From the NCBI RefSeq assembly GCF_001194135.2, contig NC_068989.1, forward strand, positions 63,164,546 through 63,228,545: a stretch of 64,000 nt of DNA. The letters run 5' to 3'. The stretch's first letter is position 1. Every line of letters begins with the position of its first letter. The notes under the pieces are model-generated. The model was not told the origin of the DNA. It saw nothing but the letters and a program-made list of their open reading frames with translations, and searched no databases. Source of the stretch: Octopus bimaculoides (lineage: Eukaryota). The translations under genes were made by a program, and so were the position numbers. Shown piece by piece: positions 1 to 13,080 of the stretch.

Positions 1-310
1 ATGTGTTTAAAGTATGAATAAACTACCATAATCTCTCATGCATCAGAAATCTTAGGATTGCATACATGAGTTTCTGACTAGAACAGTTATTACAGGTGAT
101 GATTCATCGCCACGAAGTCGCTTAACGATACATTTAAACCACTTCGTTCATAGATATGTTGTATCCTCTCTCTTGTTTTCATAGTCTTAACAGTCGCATC
201 TACTCGTCGGAGCTGGCTTTTATCGTGTTACCTCATCAGAAAGAGTTCAGATTCACCTGTTTCCCGATATACATTATGTAAAAAAAATTCCCCGGCACCA
301 AACTAATATT

Positions 311-525
311 GGTTTCAAATTTTGGCACAAGGCCAGCAATTTCTTGGAAGGTGAGCAAGTCAGTTACATCGACCCTAGTGCTCAACTAGTACATATTTTA
401 TCGAACCCGAAATGATGAAAAGCATAATCGACTCCATCGTCACTTGAACTCGGAACGTAAAATCAAAAGTGATACCGCTAAGCGTTTTGTTCGAAGCGGT
501 AACGATTTACCCGCACGCCGCCTTG
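311..525 (-). mobile_element. Octopus-type tRNA-derived SINE, family A, diverged
   Basis: Contains TTTGGCACAAGGCCAGCAATT...ACATCGACCC...GATGAAAAG...TTGAACTC, shared with copies at 738, 14441, 19780 and (opposite strand) 44652. Confidence 0.75.
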
Positions 526-737
526 CTCCATGTTAATTAAATTCAAATTCTTCCTGCCACCGAAGACCGTCCAGTTAGAATTACAGTCCCACGCCTCTTT
601 ATGCAGTCGTCATTTTGCAAGTTTTGTGAGCAATATTAAGGTAGACATTCTAAGCAGTTTGGGAGAACTTGTGAATTTGACACAACCTTCTGTCCAGTTA
701 ACAGCAATACAAAGATAAAGAAATAAAATACTTGATT

Positions 738-945
738 CAGGTTTTGGCACAAGGCCAACGATATCAGAAGGGATAAATTGATTACATCAGCCCCAGTATG
801 TAGCTGGTACTTCTTTTATTGACTCTGGAAGGATGAAATGCGAAGCCGATCCCGATACAACTTGAACTCATTAGAACGTAAAGCCAGAAGAAATAACACT
901 AAGCATTTTGACCGGTGTGGTAACGACTCTTCCAGCTCCTTTCCT
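738..945 (-). mobile_element. Octopus-type SINE, family A
   Basis: TTTTGGCACAAGGCC...CTGGTACTT...GGATGAAA...TTGAACTC...AAGCATTTTG; aligns by eye with 311-525. Confidence 0.75.
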
Positions 946-1335
946 TAAGCAAATAAAATATTACTATAAAATTAATCACAAGGGAAATCAAGAAAAATAC
1001 ACATTATCTCACAACAGTATTAATATAGGCACCAGCAAATCATCGGACAAATAAAATTATAGTTATTCGTTTATATTTATTTCTTTTCACATTTTTTAAT
1101 AACAGCTTCGTGGTTACATATTTCTAAGCGGTCAGTCACTGGTTCCGTCTGTTTACAAGGGTGAGGGTGGTGACAAGAGATTGTCTGCGAAACCCTTTCT
1201 GTGTTTGAAAACAGTATGTTATTGATTTTTCTCAACAATGTTTGTATCTTGCGCCGATATAAATTACAAACACATACGTCCTTATACACATACATTGACG
1301 TACACACACACACACAACTCGCACACACACACACA

Positions 1336-1375
<40 letters not shown>

Positions 1376-2384
1376 ACACTCACAATTCACACATACAGTC
1401 AAACTCTACACGCGCACACGTATTGAGCAGATCGGGCGCAGTCACACACATGTGTATACCTATACATATTCACGCTTATTAATGAAGAAGCGGTGACGGC
1501 AAAAAAACATTCTATGTCTAAATATAATTTCATTTCTCCTGAGCCCTGACAAAGGAGAAACAGAAACAAAAAAATATTCGTCGGAGAAGACCACCGGTGA
1601 ATAAAATATAATTATATCATGTTTGTACAGTTTGTCTCAAATTTATTCTTTCCATTTCATGATTTTTTTTTTTTTTTTTTTTGTAAATAATGAAAAAGTG
1701 TGACAACTGTTTACTTCTAGACTTTTCCTTGAGCACGGTGAAGACTACATCGTTTGAATGTCTGATAATGTGTTCATGTGTGCCTAGCCACCGCATCTAT
1801 CATGGATCTAAGGAATTCAGTGTTGAATAGAACAATTTAGGTCTTACTATCACCGTATTATTCCATCAGATTTTCTTGTTTGCATATTCAATGGCATATT
1901 TTCAAGCACTACTTTTAGCTGGCAACTTTCGAAAAGCTGTTTTTCTGCTTGAGTAATCGGATGCAAATGAAGTAAAACATGACCGCGTAGGAAACTAATT
2001 GATGAAGTTGATATAAATATATCTCATTTGTACTGTCTATTTGAATTTCCATATCTCTAATGTAAGTTGTTCACAGTTGATTATAACTGATCTTAGGTTG
2101 ATGCGTAATTAATTATTCAGAATTGGGAAATTACATTACAGTGAGAGGGAAGCTGAAGAAGAAAAATGGAAATACTGATTTAGGGGGGCATTAAAAATTT
2201 GAAAGAATCTTTCATTTAAACACAACTTATACATATACTTCTATTTACATGCGTGTATATATATATATATATATAACAGCCATGTTATCTTGGTGTTTAC
2301 GGCGGTTTGATTAAGACTTTAGCTCTTATCTCTAGCAGTTTGATGCTTTTCTGCATTCTTACGTTTTGCGCTGATTTCTAATTT

Positions 2385-2423
2385 ATACATACATACACGA
2401 ACACACACACACGCGCACGCACG

Positions 2424-2480
<57 letters not shown>
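2385..2480. repeat. (CA)n microsatellite
   Basis: Direct reading. Confidence 0.95.
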
Positions 2481-2481
<1 letters not shown>

Positions 2482-2489
2482 AATATATA

Positions 2490-2870
2490 ATTAAATAATT
2501 AGGGTAGAAATTGATATCAATCAATTAGCATCATTTTAAACCACTGGTCTAGCATATTTAAAAGTAATCCGAAGATTTAAAATGTATATTACAATTCATA
2601 AGAGGAATTTATTATCTTCAGAGTTATTTCCAACCTCAGCGCGCCAAAATGAAGACATTTGAAAGATACCCAACAAATATAATTTGCAGAACTCTACACG
2701 CGTTTTCTTTCGGGTGAACGTTTCTATGTATAGTTCAGTGAAATATGTTCGTAACGCGACAGACTACGCTGAAGAGTTGCAGATATTTGCATTTTGCATT
2801 ATGCATGTGTTAACTCTGAAATCATGATACGTAGGTACTCGTTTAATTTTGTATATTTTCATTTGTCTTT
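2490..2870 (+). repeat. Dispersed duplicated segment, copy 1 (copy 2 at 29560-30007)
   Basis: Identical blocks GTTTTCTTTCGGGTGAACGTTTCT (2702-2725 = 29838-29861) and GAAATCATGATACGTAGGTA (2818-2837 = 29955-29974), with collinear similarity throughout. Confidence 0.9.
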
Positions 2871-4494
2871 CATTTGCGCTTACAACAATTTTCTCAAATT
2901 CACGATTCCACTATACAAATTCAAAGACAATGCTAGCCAAAATGGACGAATTAGCAAGGAAATACATTTCATAAGAAAATACCGACCAACTCTAAATTCT
3001 CTAAACTAACAACACTGAGAAATTCATATATATTTTTATATATTTATATGTGGATTTGCAAGTTATTCATAAGAAATAAACAAAGGGGATCGAAGAACCC
3101 GATTTCTATTAAAACCACAGGGGGAAAAAATCACCACCACGACTCCTACTGCTACTACTACTATTGTTATTATCATTACTGCTGCTAGTTATTCGACGAT
3201 ATTAATACAAAGTAAATATGTAACCATTATTTTTCAAATGTAAACTAAGTTATACTTTATGAAGATTTGCAGGGAGATATTTTTCTGCTATACATTGATA
3301 AATGCTATTAATCCTAGAAGAAATTGTTGCTGGATTTACCACTACCATGGGAAGAGAAATTTATGTATTAAGGGACGACAATTATCCTGAGTTTATTCTA
3401 CAGTGTTACATAAAGCTATAGCATCATTAGATGAAAATATTTCAATATACTTATATATTAGTTTAATATAGCTCAATCTTTCCTAAGAAATTAAATTTCT
3501 CCTGAATTATTATATAATTTCCTGACACGCTTTGCTCTTCATATTTCAAGTAGAAATTTGAGTTGCATAGATTCGAAGCTTATATCATAGGGAATGTTCA
3601 TAACACATGATTAAATTCCAGGATCATTATGTTAATATTTCATCTTTTCTGAAGATTTTAACATAAGATTTAAGTATACACCTAGTAAACTTATTGAATA
3701 TATGCTGCAGGAATATTGCAGATTTATTTAGGAGGCATTAATAGTTGAGTTATACGGCGTTTATATTAGCTATTATTATGGATTTAAAGAGCTGTGAAAC
3801 AGCGAATGAAAACTGAATTATTCGCAAAGATTATTTGAGCGATGCTCACCGCAAATAAGATTTATTTACATTTACAAGGTAACTCGCCATAGTTGTGAAG
3901 AAGATATAAAATCTATTTAATTAAAATATACCCATCGTGTACGTTTTGAAATAGCGGAAGAAATATGTAAATATGCTTGCAGTGCAATTTCAATCCAAGA
4001 CAATAAATGATGAGCCCAAATGACATAATCGATTTAGTCAACGAGGGTTAAAATACTGGAAATCTCTACTACACTATATTCTACGTTAAATAACATTTAT
4101 TAAAACAAAAAGTTTAGGCATCGAGACAATATAGATAATTACACATACGCTGGTTAGGGTTATCTTCTATTTACACCGTAGATTATGACACACTGGAAAA
4201 AAATATGTTTCAATATAAAGTCATTTTGTCATACAAATATTTTATGACATAAAATAGCGAAGAGTGCAATTTTCGAGATCCTTTTTGTAGCTGTTTAAAA
4301 TTAGCATATTGTCATATACGAAGTGAGTGCAATACAGTAAAAATAAAGTAACACACACACAATACACACACACACAATACACACACACATACACACATAT
4401 AATATATGTATATAGGTATGTACATAACCATCTAAGCTTATATAGATATAAAATGTGTGTATGTGTATATATATACATGTATATACATATAATG

Positions 4495-4537
4495 ATTACT
4501 ATTATTATTATTATTATTATTATTGTTGTTGTTGTTG

Positions 4538-4595
<58 letters not shown>

Positions 4596-4720
4596 GAAGA
4601 AGAAGAAGAAGAAGAAGAAGAAGAAGAAGAAGAAGAAGAAGAAGAAGAAGAAGAAGAAGAAGAAGAAGAAGAAGAAGAAGAAGAAGAAGAAGAAGAAGAA
4701 GAAGAAGAAGAAGAAGAATT
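4495..4720. repeat. Compound trinucleotide microsatellite (ATT)n(GTT)n(ATT)n(AAG)n
   Basis: Direct reading; source of the poly-I/K/Y/E ORFs. Confidence 0.97.
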
Positions 4721-4779
4721 ACTCTAGATCTACAAATAATATAACCATAACCTACAAGTTCTCATGCAGAATATCAATA

Positions 4780-5140
4780 TTGAAATTGGTCTTGTAATTT
4801 AATATACAAACCGACTATGTCAGTGAACATAGAAGGCCAGTTATTTGGCCTTGTACAAGAAAGACAAATTATATAACATTATTGACATATACAATTCCCA
4901 GATACGGCAATGTAAGCTGTAAAGCGGAGGGAATTGCAACTAACTACATTGGTCAGGGAAAACAAATTAAAAAGATATGGAATTGAAATAAGCATGTATA
5001 ATTCCAGTCATTGTTGGCGCGTTCAAAAATGTAACCAACAATTTCAAAACCTGGTTAGCTGAACAATGACTTAAAATCTGCATGAGGCTGGTACAGAAAG
5101 TAAAGTTTCTTGGAGCAGAAGAGACTTTGAGACTTGAGAT
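4780..5140 (+). mobile_element. Old degenerate 3' fragment of an R4/Dong-clade LINE (restriction-like endonuclease)
   Basis: NIQTDYVSEHRRPVI from 4801 and IPVIVGAF from 5001 match the W-D-x-x-I-x-T-D...R-P-D-I and IPIIIGALG pattern also seen at 16139 and 20058; stops and frameshifts present. Confidence 0.7.
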
Positions 5141-6082
5141 TGCTGAGTGTTACTTGCTCTGAATGAGAAATGTTCTTGTCCCACATTCTCAAAACGAAAT
5201 AACTCAAAAATAACGCATCAAAATTTACACGGATGAAGAGATTCTCACGTAGCAACAATAAATTATAGGCAAAGTTTTATTACTCCTTTCAGAAAGAAAC
5301 ACGTATATTCTCGCATATTCTTTAGTTAAACGGTCAAGGTTCTATGGTAACCACACGTTTAGCGAGGAACAAATAATTTATAGTGCGGACAATGTGAAAT
5401 TTAATCTTATATGCCTTTGCTTTGTAACGCATTATTACTTATCTAGAAGAGTTTTGGTTCATATACGTAAAGACGTAAATGATATAGATAATTAATTGAA
5501 TCAAGCTCAGTGCCCACTGCTGATTAACTGGATTCACAATTGTCTACAATGTTTCGAAAACTTGTTGCACACTACGAATCATCATACAAAAGAACATGTA
5601 AATTTCATATTCGATTGGAATTAAAGTGTTTATATATATGAAAATTCTTATTCTTATTCTGTGTGATTATGCGGTGTGGAGAGAAGCTCAGTTAGAATTT
5701 GGATTTGATAATTTGATAATTTTGTGTTAGCATAAAGTTTCGTAAATGTTATCAATTTTAATAATAATATGAATATGTGTGTGTGTGTTTGAATATATGT
5801 ATGTATATANNNNNNNNNNNNNNNNNNNNNNNNNNNNNNNNNNNNNNNNNNNNNNNNNNNNNNNNNNNNNNNNNNNNNNNNNNNNNNNNNNNNNNNNNNN
5901 NNNNNNNNNNNNNNNNNNNNNNNNNNNNNNNNNNNNNNNNNNNNNNNNNNNNNNNNNNNNNNNNNNNNNNNNNNNNNNNNNNNNNNNNNNNNNNNNNNNN
6001 NNNNNNNNNNNNNNNNNNNNNNNNNNNNNNNNNNNNNNNNNNNNNNNNNNNNNNNTATATATATACATAAATGTGTAATAGT

Positions 6083-6505
6083 GTTTGTCTGTCTGTGTGT
6101 CTGGGGTTACTCAAACTCCTCCCACACCGTTCAACCGATTTTGGCATATAGATAGATCACATGCCCTGAAGGGTCAAATAAGGTCGGAATCTTTCGAAAA
6201 CTCGATAATGCTCAGTTGGTATCGACTTCTGTGAGCTTAATCGGGCGTTTGAATGGAAATTCCCATAACGATGTTATTTTTCCTGCAGCTGTTGCATCTT
6301 TTGTCCGATTGTGATGAAAATCGATGAGTAAGCGAGTCCCACAGCAGTGAGTTGATGTCAGTATATGGCGCTGATAAAAAATAGATAATTGCACCTGAGC
6401 AGTGATTTTATAAAATCAATAGGCTTTTTGCGTGCAAAAAGACATAGGGATTTTATTTTTGGTCATAACTTTTATATTTTTTATCCGATTTTAATGAAGT
6501 TAAAT
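6083..6505. mobile_element. Possible non-autonomous Helentron/DINE-1-like element
   Basis: (TGTC)n-like start followed by three CCGATT(T/G)T motifs (about 6138, 6305, 6485), as in DINE-1/HINE elements; family assignment inferred. Confidence 0.4.
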
Positions 6506-6799
6506 GATAAGTACAAATAAAAGCCTTATTAAATACAACTACCTATGGTTTACTGTCCACAATATTAATTCATTTCGCCATTTATCAACTGGTAAAACAT
6601 CAAGGTGGTTTAGTAACTGCGTTAGATGTAATAAATGTTTCAATGACCACGTATATTTAGACCGTATATATTTAGCCCTAAAGAAATACAAGACAGATAA
6701 TTTACCTCACAGTAAATTTAAACAGTGTTTTATCAATATAGAATATTACATATATAAATATTAGAATGCATATATCCGGTGGTTCATTTGCCAATTTCC

Positions 6800-7640
6800 G
6801 TCAACATGCACCGCTCCTGGTAATTATATAATCAATGGCGATTCTTAAGTGTTTTAAATGATACAGTTTTTCAAGTAATCTTATGGAACGTCTTTCTGAT
6901 CCATTGTTAGGTTTGGTCTTCAATTTCATGGCGTTGGATGTTCTCGTCTGTAGGTTTTCATATTAACGCCGTGAAAGATTTTGTATGTCTCTTCTCAGGG
7001 TGTTTAAAAGCTGAAAGTTGGTTATTGTATCTGGATTTAAATTTTTCCTTCCACAGATTAAATATAACAATATAACGTTTGGTCTTCTTCCCAGCAATTA
7101 CTAGAGTTCGCTCATAATTGTGCTGCATATGCAACGGACGATATATTGCATACCTGCCTATGACGACATTTAGATTAACCATTGAATGTATATCTAGTAA
7201 GATTCAGGACATCGGTTGTTTCTTCATATTTTCCTACTTGCATAGAATATCACTCGGAGAGACATTCTGTCATAGCGTGGAAGACTTTGTAAAGCAGCTA
7301 AATGGACTGCTCATAGCTGAATAGGTGACTATTTTCTGAGAAAACATCTTTCCCAACCTTCACTTAAACTACCCTAACAATGTCATGCATTCAGAAAGTG
7401 ACTTGTTTTTATTGGCGGTTTGACTTAGAGTTATTAAAGGAAGATATGGTTGATGGTGGGCTTAAGTGCTAGCATTGTTGCAGTTGCATATAATGTTTAT
7501 TTCCCAATTTCGTTACTTCATTAACACATGCCATACATCAGTGCAACTAATCTTCGTGTCCTTTAAATTAAGTGATATTTGGAAGAAACTAGAAATCATA
7601 TGCAGAGGATAAACATTGACCACTTAGGGACGGCTGAAAA
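6800..7640 (-). mobile_element. Degenerate Penelope-like element, GIY-YIG endonuclease region
   Basis: ORF 6958-7182 gives KRYIVI...KFKSRYNNQLSAFKHPEKRHT (cf. YIG...FKxRYxNHxxSF of PLE GIY-YIG); NNGSER downstream and a CNCNN cysteine motif near 7490; many disablements. Confidence 0.6.
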
Positions 7641-7769
7641 ACTGAAATTAATATAAAGCGCTTAGTAGACGTTGGCTGGAAAATCTACCTAACATACCAT
7701 TATGCTAAGTTGACAATGGGAAGAAGTAAGGGGAACTAGAAGCACATGATCACAGGTGACTGTAGATGA

Positions 7770-9540
7770 AGCATTTGAGGAAAAAGAAAACAGAAATGAA
7801 GGAAGAGGTAGAGGAGGAAGGGGGTGAAGAGGAAAAGGAAGATGAGGTGTTGGTGGAGGAGGAGGACAAGGACAAGGAAAATGAGGGTAAAGAGGGGGAG
7901 AGGGACGACAGTGAGGAGGAGAATGGAGTGGAGGAGGGGAGGAGAAGAAGGAAGAGGAAAAGAGAAGGAAGAGGAAAAGAGATGGAAGAAAGGAAGAGGG
8001 GGACAAGGAGAAGGAAGAGGAGGTCATGGTGGAGGAGGTGATGGTGAAAAAGGAGAAAGAAGACGTGGATGAGGAGGAATAGGAGGAAGTGGAGGAGGGT
8101 AGGATAAGTAGGAAGGAGAGGAAGGGGCGGGGAAGAAAGAAAGGGAGGGAAGAAGAAAGAAGAGAGGAAGAAGAAAAGAGAGAGGAAGAAGGAAGGGGAG
8201 AGGAAGAAGAAGAGGGAGAGGAAGAAGAAAAGGGAAAGGAAGGAGGAAGGGGAGAGGAAGAAGAAGAGGGAGAGGAAGAAGAAGAGGGAGAGGAAGAAGA
8301 AGAGGGAGAGGAAGAAGAAGAGGGAGAGGAAGAAGAAGAGGGAGAGGAAGAAGAAGTGGGAGAGGAAGAAGAAGAGGGAGAGGAAGAAGGTAGGGGAAAG
8401 GAAGAAGAAAAGTGAGAGGAAGTAGGAAGGGGAGAGGAAGAAGGAAGGGGAGAGGAAGAAGGCAGAGGAGAGGAAGAAGAAAAGGGAAAGGAAGGAGGAA
8501 GAGGAGATGAAGAAGAAAAGGGAGAGGAAGGAGGAAGGGGAGAGGAAGAAGAAGAGGGAGAGGAAGGAGGAAGGGGAGAGGAAGAAGAAGAGGGAGAGGA
8601 AGGGGAGAGGAAGAAGAAAAGGGAGAGGAAGAAGGAAGGGGAGAGGAAGGAGGAAGGCGAGAGGAAGGAGGAAGGCGAGAGGAAGAAGGAAGGAGAGAGG
8701 AAGAAGAAAAGGGAGAGGAAGAAGAAAGGGGAGATGAAGAAGAAAAGGGAGAGGAAGGAGGAAGGGGAGAGGAAGAAGGAAGGGGAGTGGAAGAAGGAAG
8801 AGGAGAGGAAGAAGAAAAGGGAAAGGAAGGAGGAAGAAGGAAGGAAAGAGGAAGGAGGAAGGGGAGAGGAAGTAGGAAGAGGAGAGGAAGAGGAGAGGAA
8901 GAGGAAAAGGGAGAGGAAGGAAGAAGGGGTGAGGAAGAAGGAAGAGAAGAGGAAGGAGGAAGAAGGGAGAGGTGAGGAAGGAGGAAGGGGAGAGGAAGAA
9001 GGAAGGGGAGAGAAAGGAGGAAGAAGGAAGGGGAGAGAAAGGAGGAAGAAGGAAGGGGAGAGGAAGGAGGAATGGGGAGAGGAAGAAGGAAGAGGAGAGG
9101 AAGGAGGAAGAGGAGAGGAAGGAGGAAGAAGAAGAGGGAGAGGAAGAATGAAGGGGAAAGGAAGAAGGAAGAGGAGAGGAAGGAGCAAGAAGGAAGGGGA
9201 AAGGAAGGAAGAAGGGGAGAGGAAGAAGGAAGAGGAGAGGAAGGAGGAATGGGAGAGGAAGAAGAAAAAGGAGAGGAAGGAGGAAGGGGAGAGGAAGAAG
9301 GAAGAGGAGAGGAAGAAGGAAGTGGAGAGGAAGGAGGAAGGGAGAGGAAGGAGGAAGGGGAGAGGAAGAAGAAGAGGAGAGGAAGAAGGAAGGGGAGAGG
9401 GAGAGGAAGAAGGAAGGGGAGAGGGAGAGGAAGAAGGAAGGTGGGGGAGTACGAGGACATGGAAGAGGAGGTGGAGTGTAGAGAAAGAGAAGGAAGGGGA
9501 GGAACAGGAGGGACGGGAGGAAGGGGAGGAAGAGGAGGCT
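7770..9540 (+). repeat. About 1.8-kb polypurine (GA-rich) low-complexity/minisatellite tract
   Basis: Almost only A/G from about 8100 to 9440; variants of GGAGAGGAAGAAGAAGAG in tandem near 8195-8390. Confidence 0.95.
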
Positions 9541-11476
9541 TCTCTTCCTTCCGGATAATTGTCACTCTCAAATACTAAAATTTATAACGTATTAGGAGCA
9601 CATGGATGTATCAAAAGTGCTTTGGAAATACGGCTGATATTTGAACGCACTAAGAAATAACTGATAAACAATTGTGGAAGTTACATGAAGAATTATCACC
9701 TTTGAATCCATTACTATTTGATATTCGTTTAATTTTCTTTCTTTTCGTGTACCATTTATAGATGCTAAAAAAATGAGAATAAATTTACTTAACGCTTATA
9801 CCCACTTTTCTATATAAGGTATTAAGTACAAGTCAACTCGATGTTGCTCATTGTGCTCCGGGTTCTTTGGTGAAGAGTGAAAATGGCCGAAAAGCCGTGA
9901 ACATGACATGACATAGAATAACTCAAATAAGGTTCTAGAGTATACTGCAGCCTACATTTCTTGTTTATTAACAAAATATAAAGATATGTTTGGAAAAACA
10001 GACAATTGTTTAAAAGGACACAGTGACATTTGTTATCGAAGGAATGTAGTGCATTTAATCATCTGCTATATACATTTTCAACAAACTAAACCTTTTTATC
10101 ATCAATCCGAGGAGAATACTACAAAAGTAAGTCGTCGACAAAGGAAAGTTGTCTAATATACATTTGGCTTAATTCATTCTGTGTGCGTTTCCCTTGTTAC
10201 ATAATGCTTTTATGCTTCTGATTCGTTCTCTATAATTTCGTCATAAATGGTTGACTCGACTCTCCTTCAGTGAAAAGTTTATTTTTATGAATGCCTTTTT
10301 GTTTGTAACTGCACGCAAAGTATTACTTTTGGGGATGTCACATGTTATAAGAAAACATGCTAGACCCCATCAAAGAAATTCCTTCGATTATAGAATAAAA
10401 GTTGATTGAAAGGACAAGTTTACCCATGTCAGCAAGATTTAATATTTTTAGTAGCTTTTAGATGATTACATCTAAAATAAGTTGCTACCATTATTATCGT
10501 TATTCGTGTTACTATTATTATTGTTTTTTTTTTTTTTTACAGACATCTCAATACCATGTTCATAGTTGTATTCCATATTGGAACACATTTTATTCTTTTC
10601 GTTTTGCTAAATTTCGAAAGCACAGCAAGCTGCATGGTTTCGTATACGAATACGCTTATGTAAACAATGCAATCGAAGATAGAAAATACAGGTAACCGGT
10701 GTGTATGTATATTTCAAGAGTTACTAACCAAATACAACACATCAACTATCCACAATCACATTACTTAAATGCCCACAATGTTTATCGATGTAACACAAGT
10801 GGATAACACAATATACAAACGAAACGCATTCCTGACAACTGGTAACTGCATATTAATAGCGGGCAAGCTCAAATATTTTACTTAACAACCCGATTAAATT
10901 ACCCAGTATATGAAAGATGGACAAGTGAACATTCCCGTACCTTGTGGTACCAGTCCGGTGTGTTCACTTTCCAGTTTATCTCTTTAGATTTCCTGCGGAA
11001 GTCAGAGCCAGTGCATCTAGTCACGATGTTTCGCAAACGAATACGTTTATGTAGGCAATATCATCGAAGGTAGAAAACGTAGATAATGGGTGTACAGTTA
11101 AATCAATATTTTCTATCTCTCGACTTATAAATCTCCTCTCAATAATTTTCTATAATATATTATACTGCAAACATATTTTCCTCGTATTCACTCTATCTCC
11201 ATTTTTTACATAGCTACTTCTCTTGTCTATACTACACTTAATGATCGTTCACGTAGCTCCACCAAGTAAAGAAAACAATTTGTGATTCTATATAGAGCCA
11301 AAATGAACCGATGTAAATACAAACAAACAAAAGCGAGCAATGCACAGAATACGAAATCGCTGTCAACCTTTTCTTTGTAGAAGTTAATGTACACGTATTA
11401 TAATAAAAAGTATTGTCTAAGCCTTCAGTTTAATGTCAAATTGTAATTATACATAACAAATATATCTCTATCCCTC

Positions 11477-11517
<41 letters not shown>

Positions 11518-11714
11518 NNNNNNNNNNNNNNNNNNNNNNNNNNNNNNNNNNNNNNNNNNNNNNNNNNNNNNNNNNNNNNNNNNNNNNNNNNNNNNNNNNN
11601 NNNNNNNNNNNNNNNNNNNNNNNNNNNNNNNNNNNNNNNNNNNNNNNNNNNNNNNNNNNNNNNNNNNNNNNNNNNNNNNNNNNNNNNNNNNNNNNNNNNN
11701 NNNNNNNNNNNNNN

Positions 11715-11750
<36 letters not shown>

Positions 11751-13080
11751 GCTTTAAATGCTATCTCTAGCCGGTGGTTTTCTTGTACCGACGAAGTGAA
11801 ATTAACCTGAATCCATTGGCCTGCATGTATCGCGACGGCTAGAAAAAGCGGCAATAGACTCTCTTGCTCACAGTATACGAGCACAGTACATGTATCGGCG
11901 GCCAGCTGGTAAAGATGTTTTCCTGGGGATAAAATGTAGTAATATTGTCCTGTGTAGGTTTGCCACGTTGCGTTGGCAAATTGTCTTTACTTTTCCGAAC
12001 TGTTATTACATATTTCTCGCTCAGAGATTTAAGACTAGTTATTCTCTTTACGAGATCAGCAATTGTGCGTCGCTTTAAAAGTATATATTTTGAGCAGAGC
12101 GAGTGATTGTAGCCGGCGGTCTACATGTATTGCTACGGCTTGAAAGGGATCAATAGACTCCCTTGCTCACAGTATACGGTCACAGACCATGTTTCGGTAG
12201 CCAGCTTGTGTGTGTATTTATGCGTATGCGTGTGTTCCTTATAATCAGTTATTTAGTAGAAATTTGTCAAAATGTGAAAATTGTGAAGCGCAACAGGGTG
12301 CTAATGCGCAAAATTATGCGTAAATTGTTACCATTCGATTTGGAAAATTATTTTGCAATTTCCGAAATGAAAAATAAAGGTTGTCAGAATCGTAATCTCT
12401 GAAATTCCAAGCAAAACATTTGTAAAAATATAGAATACATTTTAGGGAACAGAAATGATTAAGTTGTTGATTGAGTGAGGTGAAAATACTGACGCTTCAT
12501 TTTATTTTTCTTCCTCCTTATCTTTAACTATCTTAACGTTCTATGTTCTTCATATAGAAATATAGACGTATATGTTCAGTAATAAACATATGCTTTTTCG
12601 ATAACTTGAACCTATCTTTCTTTCTATACATCATTAATTGTGCCCTACCTGCACATTTACTAAGCGCCTGTAAGTGGAGTACCCCTCTCTCACTCTCTTT
12701 CTCTCTCACTCTCTTTCTCTCTCACTCTTAATTTCTCACATTTTCTCTTTCTTTCTGTCTCTGTCTCTATCTTTCTGTATATGTGTGTGAGTGTGTGTGT
12801 GTGTGTGTGTTTATATTTCTATCTTTCTTTCTATCCATCTATCAATGTCCGTAGCTATATCCTTTATCTTTTGTCTTTCACTTGTCATTTGATTGCGGCT
12901 AGTGCTTATATGTTTTTAAAAGCCTGGTAATTGTTGTATAGCTCACTTTTTTCCCAACCGCTAGCTTACGAGAACGTAAATACAGCACATATTGTCATGC
13001 GTTGTTGTTGTTGTTGTTGTTGGGGAGACAAACAGATACAGAGAAACACACGGATAAATGTATATATATATACATATACA

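Noticed and set aside
4327-4797. ORFs with poly-I, poly-K, poly-Y and poly-E
   Set aside because: Translations of the (ATT)n/(AAG)n microsatellite.
7689-9571. 499-aa and 515-aa minus-strand ORFs rich in P/S/L/F
   Set aside because: A nearly pure pyrimidine strand can hardly form stop codons; two overlapping frames are open, with no domain or splice support.
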